Source: Gammaproteobacteria bacterium (GTDB taxonomy: Bacteria; Pseudomonadota; Gammaproteobacteria; Acidiferrobacterales; SZUA-150). From it: a stretch of 64,000 nucleotides of DNA. The stretch covers positions 113,827 through 177,826 of the forward strand of contig JAOUOD010000002.1 in assembly GCA_029880545.1 (NCBI GenBank), in the 5' to 3' direction. Both the position numbers and the translations under genes were made by a program. This document shows positions 51,006-59,338 of this stretch, in pieces. The first letter of the stretch is position 1. Each line of letters opens with the position of its first letter. The notes under the pieces are model-generated. The model saw only the letters and a list, made by a program, of their open reading frames with translations. It did not search any database and was not told where the DNA came from.

Positions 51006-53013
51006 GCTTCACCCTCTCCAGGCCGTCATCAAACAACGTGGCGACATTCATTTCACGGAGATAGGTGTCGAGCTGATCGCGACTCGGATTCGAAATAATC
51101 AGCTTCTGAAGGGATTCGGTTGCAACCAGTACTTCATGCACGCCCTGCCTGCCTTTGTAACCGGAATCGTAACAGTCGTTGCACCCGCGGCCACGGGCAA
51201 GCTTGATGCCGGCATCCGCATTCCATCCGAACCGCTCGACCAGTTCCATCTCTGCCAGGTAGGTGGTCTTGCAGGACGGGCACACTGTTCGCACCAGGCG
51301 CTGGGCTACAACGCCTATCAGCGCCGATGACAACAGGTATGGCTCGACACCCATGTCGATCATACGGGTGACGGCGCCAATACTGTCGTTGGTGTGCAGT
51401 GTCGACAACACCAGATGACCCGTTAGCGCCGCCTGCACCGCGATTTCGGCCGTTTCCCGTTCGCGTATTTCGCCAACCATGACAATATCCGGGTCCTGCC
51501 GAAGAACATGCTTCAGAACCTTTGCGAATGTCAGGCCGATATTCGCCCGCACTTCATTCTGATTGATGATGTCGACCTGGTATTCCACCGGGTCTTCAAT
51601 GGTGACAATATTCTTCTCGATGCTGTTGAGATAGTTCAGCGCCGCGTAGAGTGTTGTGGTTTTACCGCTACCTGTCGGGCCGGTTACCAGGATCAGTCCG
51701 TAACTATGACCCAGCAGGCCGCCAAAGGAATCAACATTTCTCCTGGTCATGCCCAGTTTGTTGATATCGAGAATTGCCCTGTTCTTGTCAAGTACGCGCA
51801 ATACCACCTTTTCACCATACAGGCCCGGCAATGAACTGAACCGAAGATCAACCGGACGACCTCGTGTATGCACCTGGATTCGACCGTCCTGTGGCAGGCG
51901 CCGTTCCGATATGTCCAGGTTGGACATAACCTTGAGACGCGATACCACGGCCGAATGCAGCTCGCTTCTTAATGCCATGATCTCGTACAGGACGCCATCC
52001 ATTCGCAATCGAATGCGGGTCTTGTCACGTGAAGGCTCAATATGGATATCACTGGCACCATCCTGCACAGCACGCTGAATGATTGAATTTACCAGGTTGA
52101 TTACCGGGCTGCCGGCCGCCAGTTCATCAATCGTGTCCGGGTCGTCCTGACGCTCACTGCTGATAACCTCAAAGTCATCATCGACCTCGGCAATCAGGTC
52201 CGCGGTGAGATCTCGCTCCGAAAATATTTCGTTGAGCAGCTGAAAGATCCCGTCCTTTTCTGCAATTACCGGGTTAACCTGGCACTGCAGATGCTCCTCG
52301 ACCTCCTCAAGCGCGGGAATGGCCTGCGGGTCGGTGGTCGCAACCGTGACATGGTTCCGGATCTTGAACAGTGGCAGCAGTTTCAGCCGGGTACAGATAT
52401 CCTTGCCCAGTTCCCTGGCAACGGCCACATCACACAAACCGGTCCGCAGGTTGACAAATGCCAGGCCCAGTTGCTCACTGACAGCCTCCAGGACTACACG
52501 TTCCGGCGCCCATCCCTTGTCGACAATAATCTGCCCCATGCGCCTTCCCAGTTTTCTCTGCAACTGGATTGCTTCTTCTATGCGCGCTTCACTCACGACC
52601 CCCTTGTTGACCAGTATGTCTCCCAGCCTTGCCTTTTTGGGCTCCAAATGTTCATGAGTCGAAATGGTTTCATCATTGTCATCTATACAGGGTATGTAGT
52701 GACTTACGCCGGTAATGGAGAATATTTCCTTTAACAACGAGTTAATCCGGGTCAGCTTGAGCCAACCGCCCCGGTGAATCAGTTTGTCATTTATATCAAG
52801 AAGCTGCTCGATAGATGTGCTGTCGATAGCCTGTACGGATGCGAGATCAAGAACAATCCTGTCTTCTCCGACCTCCGTACATTCATCCACGCATTCGGAC
52901 AAATGTTCCATCATGCCTTCGCTGTCCAGGCGCTTCCTGGGCGCCAGGCATGTCATGACGCCTATGCGCGTACGAACCACATTTTCGGATTTTTGTTCCG
53001 CTGGCGAAATCAT
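50959..53013 (-). CDS. GspE/PilB/MshE-family secretion ATPase with N-terminal STAS-like domain and MshEN c-di-GMP-binding motif
   Basis: Walker A is GPTGSGKTT. Asp/His boxes are present, along with the tetracysteine CPSC...CNDC. Residues 129-181 match the MshEN motif, and residues ~12-108 are STAS-like. The ATG overlaps the stop of the GGDEF-EAL gene (ATGA, 53010-53013). Confidence 0.92.
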   Translation of the reverse strand: MISPAEQKSENVVRTRIGVMTCLAPRKRLDSEGMMEHLSECVDECTEVGEDRIVLDLASVQAIDSTSIEQLLDINDKLIHRGGWLKLTRINSLLKEIFSITGVSHYIPCIDDNDETISTHEHLEPKKARLGDILVNKGVVSEARIEEAIQLQRKLGRRMGQIIVDKGWAPERVVLEAVSEQLGLAFVNLRTGLCDVAVARELGKDICTRLKLLPLFKIRNHVTVATTDPQAIPALEEVEEHLQCQVNPVIAEKDGIFQLLNEIFSERDLTADLIAEVDDDFEVISSERQDDPDTIDELAAGSPVINLVNSIIQRAVQDGASDIHIEPSRDKTRIRLRMDGVLYEIMALRSELHSAVVSRLKVMSNLDISERRLPQDGRIQVHTRGRPVDLRFSSLPGLYGEKVVLRVLDKNRAILDINKLGMTRRNVDSFGGLLGHSYGLILVTGPTGSGKTTTLYAALNYLNSIEKNIVTIEDPVEYQVDIINQNEVRANIGLTFAKVLKHVLRQDPDIVMVGEIRERETAEIAVQAALTGHLVLSTLHTNDSIGAVTRMIDMGVEPYLLSSALIGVVAQRLVRTVCPSCKTTYLAEMELVERFGWNADAGIKLARGRGCNDCYDSGYKGRQGVHEVLVATESLQKLIISNPSRDQLDTYLREMNVATLFDDGLERVKRGETTLEEISRSINI

Positions 53014-55256
53014 TGTTGACGCTGACCATTGTGCACGCTATGAATGCTTGAAGTATCCGGTTCACACTCAAAGTGCTGGATCAGTGGTACCGGGAAACCG
53101 TAGGCGTATCCCTGCCCATAGGATATTCCCAGCGCTACGAGGCGGGCCTCGATTTCGGCATTCTCGACGTATTCCGCTACGGTCTTTATACCCATTACGG
53201 TTCCGACATGATTGATCGATGAGACCATCGCCTCTGAAATCGGATCTGTAACAATACCCTTGACCAGCATTCCGTCAATTTTCAGGTAATCAACATCGAG
53301 ATTCTTGAGATAGACAAACGAACTCAGGCCGGAGCCAAAATCATCCAGCGCGAAGCTGCATCCCCTTTCCCGTATAGTTGATATAAATTCCTTCGCGTCG
53401 TCTATATGTGAAACAGCCGCGGTTTCAGTTACTTCAAAACATATCTGGCTCGCATCCATTTCCGACCTGTCTATGATATTGACCAGAAATTCCAGGAACG
53501 ACTTGCTGCTGATGGACTGGCCGGAAAGATTAACGGCAAATACGGAACCGTGCGGAATCCTGTTGCCGTTTTCGGCGAGAATCCTGAACAGGTTGGTTAC
53601 AACCCATCGATCTATCTTTGGCATCAGGTTGTAACGTTCGGCGGCCGGGATGAAGTTCCCGGGCGCCACGACCTCGCCGTCTTCGAGACGCATTCTTACC
53701 AGGATTTCCACATGAACAGCGTCACTGTGCTGCTGAAGATCCTTGATTGCCTGTCCGAACAATTCGAAACGGTCATCAATCAATGCTTCCCTTATCCGGC
53801 CTACCCAGTGCATTTCATCCTTGCGGGCGAGCATATCCGTATTGGTGGAACTGAATGCCTTTACCTGGTTCTTGCCAATATCCTTAGCCGCCATGCAGGC
53901 TACCTCGGCAGCATTCAATGCCTCGGATACAAGCCTTGTACCCGCGTCTATGCAGGCTACACCGATACTGACGCTGATATCAAAGACCGAGGATTCCCAT
54001 TCGAACGGGCTCTTTCCGATTGCCTGCCTGATGTCCTCCGCCAGTCTTTCGGCGCGCTCAATAGGGCAACTTTCCAGCAGCACGCCGAATTCATCACCGC
54101 CTATCCTGGCGACAATATCCAGGCCCCGTACATACTTGTGAATGGTATCACCCGCCATCCTGATCAGCGCATCGCCGGCTTCATGACCGGCATTCTCATT
54201 CACGATTTTCAGCTGGTCCAGGTTCAAATGAAGGACACAGTGCTCCATGCCGGACATCTGGGCCGACTCGATACTCTTGCCTACATAATATTCGTAACTC
54301 TTTCTTGTATGCAGTCCGGTCAGGGAGTCGTAGGTCCTGTTCAGAAGCTTGGTGACCTTGCTTGCCATTACTTCCAGGAGGCTGCGATCACTGTTGGTAA
54401 ATTCCCTTTTGCCGCACATGCTGATTGTCAGCAATACTCCTGTCACGGCGCCATAGCCGGTAAACACCGGGCTGCACAATAATTTGTCCCTCATGCCCGC
54501 AATCAGCCCTTCTGCTTCAGACTGGTGATTGACCACGATACTCTTTCCGGTCTCCTTGACGTGCCTGAGCACCCTGTTCCTCAGCTCCGGCAACAGTATT
54601 GTGCCACTGCACATGGCACTGTCCTTGTTTCCAAGTGTTATGACAACATTTCGCTCAGGCAGAAAAAGAACAACGATTTCAACATCAAGATAGGAAAGGC
54701 ACTGTTTTACCAGGCTCGATAGCGTCTTGTTGATATCCTCGAATCCGGCAGTCTCTTCCTTGACATGATAGACAAGGTTCAACTCCTCGTAGCGCTCTCC
54801 AAGCTCCTCGGCCATCTCGTCGAGTTCCTTGTTGAGCATCAACTCGGTCTTGATGCACAGGGCAACATCATCCATCAGCTTTACGGTTCCGGGTATGTAA
54901 CCGGTAACACCATCCTGGTTTCGGTAAGAAAGCAACGCAGATACGTTGGCTATGTGACAGTCATTTTCAGTAACTATTCCGGCCTGGTAGAGTATTTCTG
55001 TTTCGCTCAGCTTGTGAAACGTAATTTTTCTGTCATGAACGCTGCTGAATTTCCCGCCGGGGAACAGGTGGATACTGGTGTCTGAATTATTGCTGGACCA
55101 GACGGTGAAGCCGTCCGATGTATACACGAGAAAACTTTCCACTTCAGCGACGCCGGATTCAAGCAGTCGCATGTACTTGGAGTAATCGATAGCCGCAAGA
55201 GATCTTCTATCCACCGGGAACCTCGTCTGCGGCAATCCTGGTTTCATTGTAATCAT
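53010..55256 (-). CDS. GAF-GGDEF-EAL c-di-GMP turnover protein
   Basis: The GGDEF domain has an RxxD I-site (RGLDIVARIGGDEFGVLL). The EAL domain carries EILVR, NLS, EVTE, DDFGSG, KIDG, EYVE and QG elements. The N-terminal region is GAF-like. The start is uncertain: 55256 overlaps the RR gene by 50 nt, and the alternative M is at 55172. Confidence 0.88.
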   Translation of the reverse strand: MITMKPGLPQTRFPVDRRSLAAIDYSKYMRLLESGVAEVESFLVYTSDGFTVWSSNNSDTSIHLFPGGKFSSVHDRKITFHKLSETEILYQAGIVTENDCHIANVSALLSYRNQDGVTGYIPGTVKLMDDVALCIKTELMLNKELDEMAEELGERYEELNLVYHVKEETAGFEDINKTLSSLVKQCLSYLDVEIVVLFLPERNVVITLGNKDSAMCSGTILLPELRNRVLRHVKETGKSIVVNHQSEAEGLIAGMRDKLLCSPVFTGYGAVTGVLLTISMCGKREFTNSDRSLLEVMASKVTKLLNRTYDSLTGLHTRKSYEYYVGKSIESAQMSGMEHCVLHLNLDQLKIVNENAGHEAGDALIRMAGDTIHKYVRGLDIVARIGGDEFGVLLESCPIERAERLAEDIRQAIGKSPFEWESSVFDISVSIGVACIDAGTRLVSEALNAAEVACMAAKDIGKNQVKAFSSTNTDMLARKDEMHWVGRIREALIDDRFELFGQAIKDLQQHSDAVHVEILVRMRLEDGEVVAPGNFIPAAERYNLMPKIDRWVVTNLFRILAENGNRIPHGSVFAVNLSGQSISSKSFLEFLVNIIDRSEMDASQICFEVTETAAVSHIDDAKEFISTIRERGCSFALDDFGSGLSSFVYLKNLDVDYLKIDGMLVKGIVTDPISEAMVSSINHVGTVMGIKTVAEYVENAEIEARLVALGISYGQGYAYGFPVPLIQHFECEPDTSSIHSVHNGQRQQ

Positions 55257-55605
55257 TAAGCATATCCAGGATTCTCCTGGTGCTTGCAGGTTTTTCGATA
55301 AACATCAGGTTCCTGATCTTGCGGGACCACTCGCGGTGTTCCAGCTCGGTCCGCGAAGTCGAGACAAAAATAAGGAATTCCCGATCAGGCATTTCGGCTT
55401 CTATTTTTTCGCACAATTCCCGGCCGGTCATTCTCGGCATTGCAATATCCGTTATCAGGACATCAGGCCGTCTTTCCATGATTTTTTCAAATGCCAGCTG
55501 CCCGTTTGGCGCTGACTCGACCTGGTAGCCATCACGCTCCAGCGCCAGCCTCAGCACCCTTATTACATGTGGCTCGTCATCAGCAATCAGTATGTAGCCA
55601 CCCAT
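55207..55605 (-). CDS. single-domain response regulator (CheY-like receiver)
   Basis: ILIADDEPHVIRVL...PDVLITDIAMPRMTG...FVSTS shows receiver-domain acidic pocket residues and a phospho-acceptor Asp. No output domain is present. The start shares one nucleotide with the kinase stop (TAATG). Confidence 0.88.
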   Translation of the reverse strand: MGGYILIADDEPHVIRVLRLALERDGYQVESAPNGQLAFEKIMERRPDVLITDIAMPRMTGRELCEKIEAEMPDREFLIFVSTSRTELEHREWSRKIRNLMFIEKPASTRRILDMLNDYNETRIAADEVPGG

Positions 55606-57548
55606 TACACTGCCTCCATGATGATGCCGCTGTCTTTCCGGAAGACAATGATGAACTCGGTACCTTCTCCGAGCACGCTCTCAACCAGCAACTCACCGTT
55701 ATGAAGCTCGATAATTTCCTTCGCCAGCGGGAGCCCGAGTCCGTGTCCGGGACGGTCTCTCACTTCTTCGCTTTCGGACCTGAAGAACTTGTCATAAATA
55801 TGGCTGATATCATCTTCAGAGATGCCTATTCCTGTATCCCGTATTGATATTGTTATCGACTGCGCATCCTCGGTTACCGTCATGGATACCTTGCCGCCCG
55901 GCTTGTTATACTTTATGGCATTGGTAAGGATATTGTTGATTGCAATACGCATCAGGTCCTTGTCCGCCGAAATGGCGCTGACCTGGTTCGGCAAATCAAT
56001 GCTGAATTCGCAATTCTTGTTGTAACCGTTTCTCGATATATTCTCGAAGGCATCCTCGACCATCTCCTTCAGCTTTACGCGCTGCCGGCTGATCTGCATT
56101 CCGCCGACTTCAAACCGTGTCAGGCTCAGCAGGTTGTTAATCAATGATGCAAGGCGCTCGACTTCGTCACGTATGACGTTTGACGCATCAATCTGGAACT
56201 CCCTGGATTTCCCTTCCTCTCCGATCAGTGCCTCGCTGTACATCGTCAGCACATTAAGCGGAGATTTCAGCTCATGGGCAACATGGGCAACAAATTCGGC
56301 CCGGCTCTGCTTGGCCAGCACTTCTTCCGAAATGTCATGGAACACAACCAGTGAACCGTAGGTTTTTTTCCGGTCCTTCACCGAAAACAGCGGGAATGCT
56401 TCTACGGAATAGGTCTTGTTTTTTTCATTCTCCGGAACAAATGACCAGTTATTGCCACGCTTGTTGGCCGGGGACAGGGTTTTTCCCCTTGGTTGATAAC
56501 CCTGCATTGCCGGGTGATTGACATACTCAATCAACCGCTTGCCCCGCAGGTCGTCTGACTGAATATTCAGGATATTGGATATCCTCGAATTGGCCATATT
56601 TACAATGCCGGTTTCATCCAGGACAACCACCGGGTCCGGCAACGACTGCAAGACCATTTCAATGCGTTCGCGCTTGTAGTTCAGGAACTTGGCCGAGGCA
56701 TCCAGATCGAAGTGACTCTTTTCGAGACTGCTGACCCGGTTGCCGGTATATTCGATATAGTGATTGATGCAACCGATCAGTTCACCGATCTCGCCGCTGG
56801 CTGTCACGTCTATGGGCTGATAGTCATTCCTGTTTGCCATGTCGTGGATGGCAGTACAAGCCGTTCTTATCGGCCTGATTTCCTTTTTCACCAGGTAGTA
56901 GGACAGCGTAGTCAGCAGAAACACCATCAGCGCCATCGTAGAAACAAATGGCAGGTACGTGCTGTCTATTCCATATCCTGGCTCAAAATAGGCAATCCTG
57001 ACATGACCGTAAAGCTCGCCCGATAATATGACCGGTGCGTGAAATTCGATGAAGTTCTTGTTACGACTTTCTCCCGGTATGGTACGACGCCCGATCCATG
57101 AAGACGGCTCTTCCTTTATCCTGAGCTCAGGCACAATTACACCTGACTTGGCTACCTCGCGGAGCTTCGCGCCGGAGCGATCTACAACAGCAACATAGGC
57201 GAATTCAGGCGTGGTCAGGATTTCCTTCAACACTCTCAGAACACCACCAGTCCCGGATTCAGTTACCAGATCCGACAGTGGCAAATCGGAAAGGATGCGC
57301 GCCAGGCTTACACCTTGCGCCTGGATAAACTCCATCCTGGAATCACGCCGGTTATCAAACATCATCAGGGTGATAAAAATGATCACCAATAACGTCATAC
57401 CGATCATGATCAGGCCGAGACGCTCGTTTTCAAGATTGGCTATACCACGCCGAGTAATCAATTCGGTATCCACCTGTCTGCCTGTATTATCAACCGCTTC
57501 AAGTATCGGCAGCATAATATGGGCCTTTAAAAAACGTGCCGCATGCAC
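55605..57548 (-). CDS. membrane sensor histidine kinase (periplasmic loop-HAMP-PAS-HisKA-HATPase)
   Basis: It has two TM segments flanking a ~150-aa loop, then a HAMP domain, a PAS domain (LQSLPDPVVVLDETGIVNMANS), the H-box VAHELKSPLNVL, the N-box NAIKYNKPGG, and DTGIGI / GHGLGL. Confidence 0.88.
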   Translation of the reverse strand: MHAARFLKAHIMLPILEAVDNTGRQVDTELITRRGIANLENERLGLIMIGMTLLVIIFITLMMFDNRRDSRMEFIQAQGVSLARILSDLPLSDLVTESGTGGVLRVLKEILTTPEFAYVAVVDRSGAKLREVAKSGVIVPELRIKEEPSSWIGRRTIPGESRNKNFIEFHAPVILSGELYGHVRIAYFEPGYGIDSTYLPFVSTMALMVFLLTTLSYYLVKKEIRPIRTACTAIHDMANRNDYQPIDVTASGEIGELIGCINHYIEYTGNRVSSLEKSHFDLDASAKFLNYKRERIEMVLQSLPDPVVVLDETGIVNMANSRISNILNIQSDDLRGKRLIEYVNHPAMQGYQPRGKTLSPANKRGNNWSFVPENEKNKTYSVEAFPLFSVKDRKKTYGSLVVFHDISEEVLAKQSRAEFVAHVAHELKSPLNVLTMYSEALIGEEGKSREFQIDASNVIRDEVERLASLINNLLSLTRFEVGGMQISRQRVKLKEMVEDAFENISRNGYNKNCEFSIDLPNQVSAISADKDLMRIAINNILTNAIKYNKPGGKVSMTVTEDAQSITISIRDTGIGISEDDISHIYDKFFRSESEEVRDRPGHGLGLPLAKEIIELHNGELLVESVLGEGTEFIIVFRKDSGIIMEAV

Positions 57549-57655
57549 GGTGATAAGCTCTGATGAGTTCTATCGATTTCTCAGGTATAAAAACTAGATT
57601 AAACAGCGGTAACGATTCAAGCCTTATGTCGTAAAACATTGTAGATATACGATTA

Positions 57656-58651
57656 TTAAGTGCCCCGTTGACGATCGATTGTTAACTCCCGCAACATTCC
57701 GTCGCGCCATAACTTCAGAACCAGGGCCGATTGCTCTCCCGCTGTCAGCATTTCCCCGATTTCATACATACTTTTATTGGCCGTGTCCGCGTGATTTATG
57801 GACAGGATCATATCCATCTGTTGAACACCGTACTTGTGGGCCGGACCATTCCTGGTCAAGCCGGTTATCATCGGGAAATATTCATTTCCGTTCAGTGTCG
57901 TAATCACGAAACCGAGCCCGGTTTTGAACGTGCCCGCAGGCACATTATCAGCGCGGAACGAGGACACAGGCAGGTTCTTCGTAATCAGTCTCACGATCAA
58001 CTGGCCGGCTATCCTCGGATCACTGACAGACGACATACCGGTACCCACACTGTTCCATACCGATTGCAGCCGCATGCGATCAAATATTGCCAGTTCGACT
58101 TCCAGTTGGGCGCCCGGGCCACTCACGGAATCTCCTGCAACCGGATCGTGAGCCGCGCCGACATAGTCCGACCGGTCCATTTTTCCCCACGACGGCAATG
58201 TCTCGGGGAGTTGCGCCAGGTCAGATGAACGAGCGCTGTTCCTGTATTGAAAAATGTCTGTGCCTGGCGCCCACCTGGGGCCGGATTCAACACCGGCCCC
58301 GAACAAACCTTTTTTTGATCCCGGTCTTGCCAGTATCGTCACCAGGAAATCCGGCTTCTCATTGGCGCGCACCCAGCGATAGCCCCGACCTTCGAGCTGG
58401 TTGCGCGCCTGGAATGCCAGGTGATAATCAATGGCATCCATATCATTTTGTGGCATGTCATTAACCAGCATGGATGGCGGAATCATGGAAAAGGTGCGAT
58501 AGGAGGACAAATCCTGCCCGGGTGCCCGGGTGACTTCGATAACAGGCCTGTATTCCGGTGTTACCGGCTTCATGAGCGAGCCGGCACAACCAGCCAGCAC
58601 GATCATGAATGATGCAGCCATCATGCGCTGGGCTAACTTGCTCGGTGACAT
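57656..58651 (-). CDS. lipoprotein with C-terminal PDZ domain
   Basis: The lipobox is MIVLAG|CAGS. The C-terminal ~90 aa are PDZ-like (GLGFVITTLNGNEYFPMITGLTRNGPAHKYGVQQMDMILSINH...LVLKLWRDGMLRELTI). Confidence 0.7.
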   Translation of the reverse strand: MSPSKLAQRMMAASFMIVLAGCAGSLMKPVTPEYRPVIEVTRAPGQDLSSYRTFSMIPPSMLVNDMPQNDMDAIDYHLAFQARNQLEGRGYRWVRANEKPDFLVTILARPGSKKGLFGAGVESGPRWAPGTDIFQYRNSARSSDLAQLPETLPSWGKMDRSDYVGAAHDPVAGDSVSGPGAQLEVELAIFDRMRLQSVWNSVGTGMSSVSDPRIAGQLIVRLITKNLPVSSFRADNVPAGTFKTGLGFVITTLNGNEYFPMITGLTRNGPAHKYGVQQMDMILSINHADTANKSMYEIGEMLTAGEQSALVLKLWRDGMLRELTIDRQRGT

Positions 58652-58913
58652 AACAATCCTTTTTATGCAGTACTGCCGGTGCGTATTCGGCGCACCCCGA
58701 CATGTTCAAACCTTGCGCCATCAATCAATAATATTTGAGTGGGCAAACCCTGTTTATGGTTATAGTATCGTGCGATCCGGCCATTTCTTTATCCGGGTTT
58801 TATCGGGTTCCGTGGCCCCGTATTTTGGCTTTACCGGAAACCCTGCTTTTTTGCCAGCCATGTAAGTTGGTCTATTTAATTGATATATTTGAAAGAAATG
58901 TCGGAACGTTCCC

Positions 58914-59330
58914 ATGACCCGCGTTGACTTTTATTTGATGGAATCCGGCGACAAGGAGCAATTTGCCTGCCGGCTAATCAACAAGATCTTCCAGAAGAAG
59001 CACATGATCTATGTGCATACCGCCGACACGGCCCAGGCCCATGCGCTCGACCAATTGCTCTGGACATGGTCTGACCTGGCTTTTATCCCCCATGGCTTGC
59101 CAGACGACAAGCAGGCAGACGAATTGCCGGTCATTATCGGCCACGGCGAACCGCCGGAGCACCACCACGACGTCCTGGTTTCCCTGGCTGATACGAGCCC
59201 ACCGTTTTTTAGCCGCTTTGAGCGGGTGGTGGAAATCGTGCCGCCCACCGAAGATGCCAAAATCATGGCTCGCGACCGGTTTCGTTTTTACCGGGATCGC
59301 GGCTATGCTTTGGAAACCCACAAGATCTGA
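58914..59330 (+). CDS. holC: DNA polymerase III subunit chi
   Basis: MTRVDFYLMESGDKEQFACRLINKIFQKKHMIYVHTADTAQAHALDQLLWTW... is the typical HolC N-terminus. It precedes valS as in E. coli and Pseudomonas. Confidence 0.88.
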   Translation: MTRVDFYLMESGDKEQFACRLINKIFQKKHMIYVHTADTAQAHALDQLLWTWSDLAFIPHGLPDDKQADELPVIIGHGEPPEHHHDVLVSLADTSPPFFSRFERVVEIVPPTEDAKIMARDRFRFYRDRGYALETHKI

Positions 59331-59338
59331 TCGCCACC

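Larger units (their letters stand above)
32007..58913. other. ~27-kb block inserted into the conserved pepA-holC junction (boundaries approximate)
   Basis: In E. coli and P. aeruginosa, pepA is followed directly by holC and then valS. Here 29 genes lie between them. No integrase, transposase or flanking direct repeat was recognised. Confidence 0.55.

Noticed and set aside
53550-54482. 310-aa plus-strand ORF inside the GGDEF-EAL gene. Similar antisense ORFs occur at 10468-11190 (pilR), 7159-7656 (ispB), 36346-37071 and 28656-29285.
   Set aside because: All are mirror-frame ORFs opposite genes with strong family signatures, and none shows recognisable motifs.
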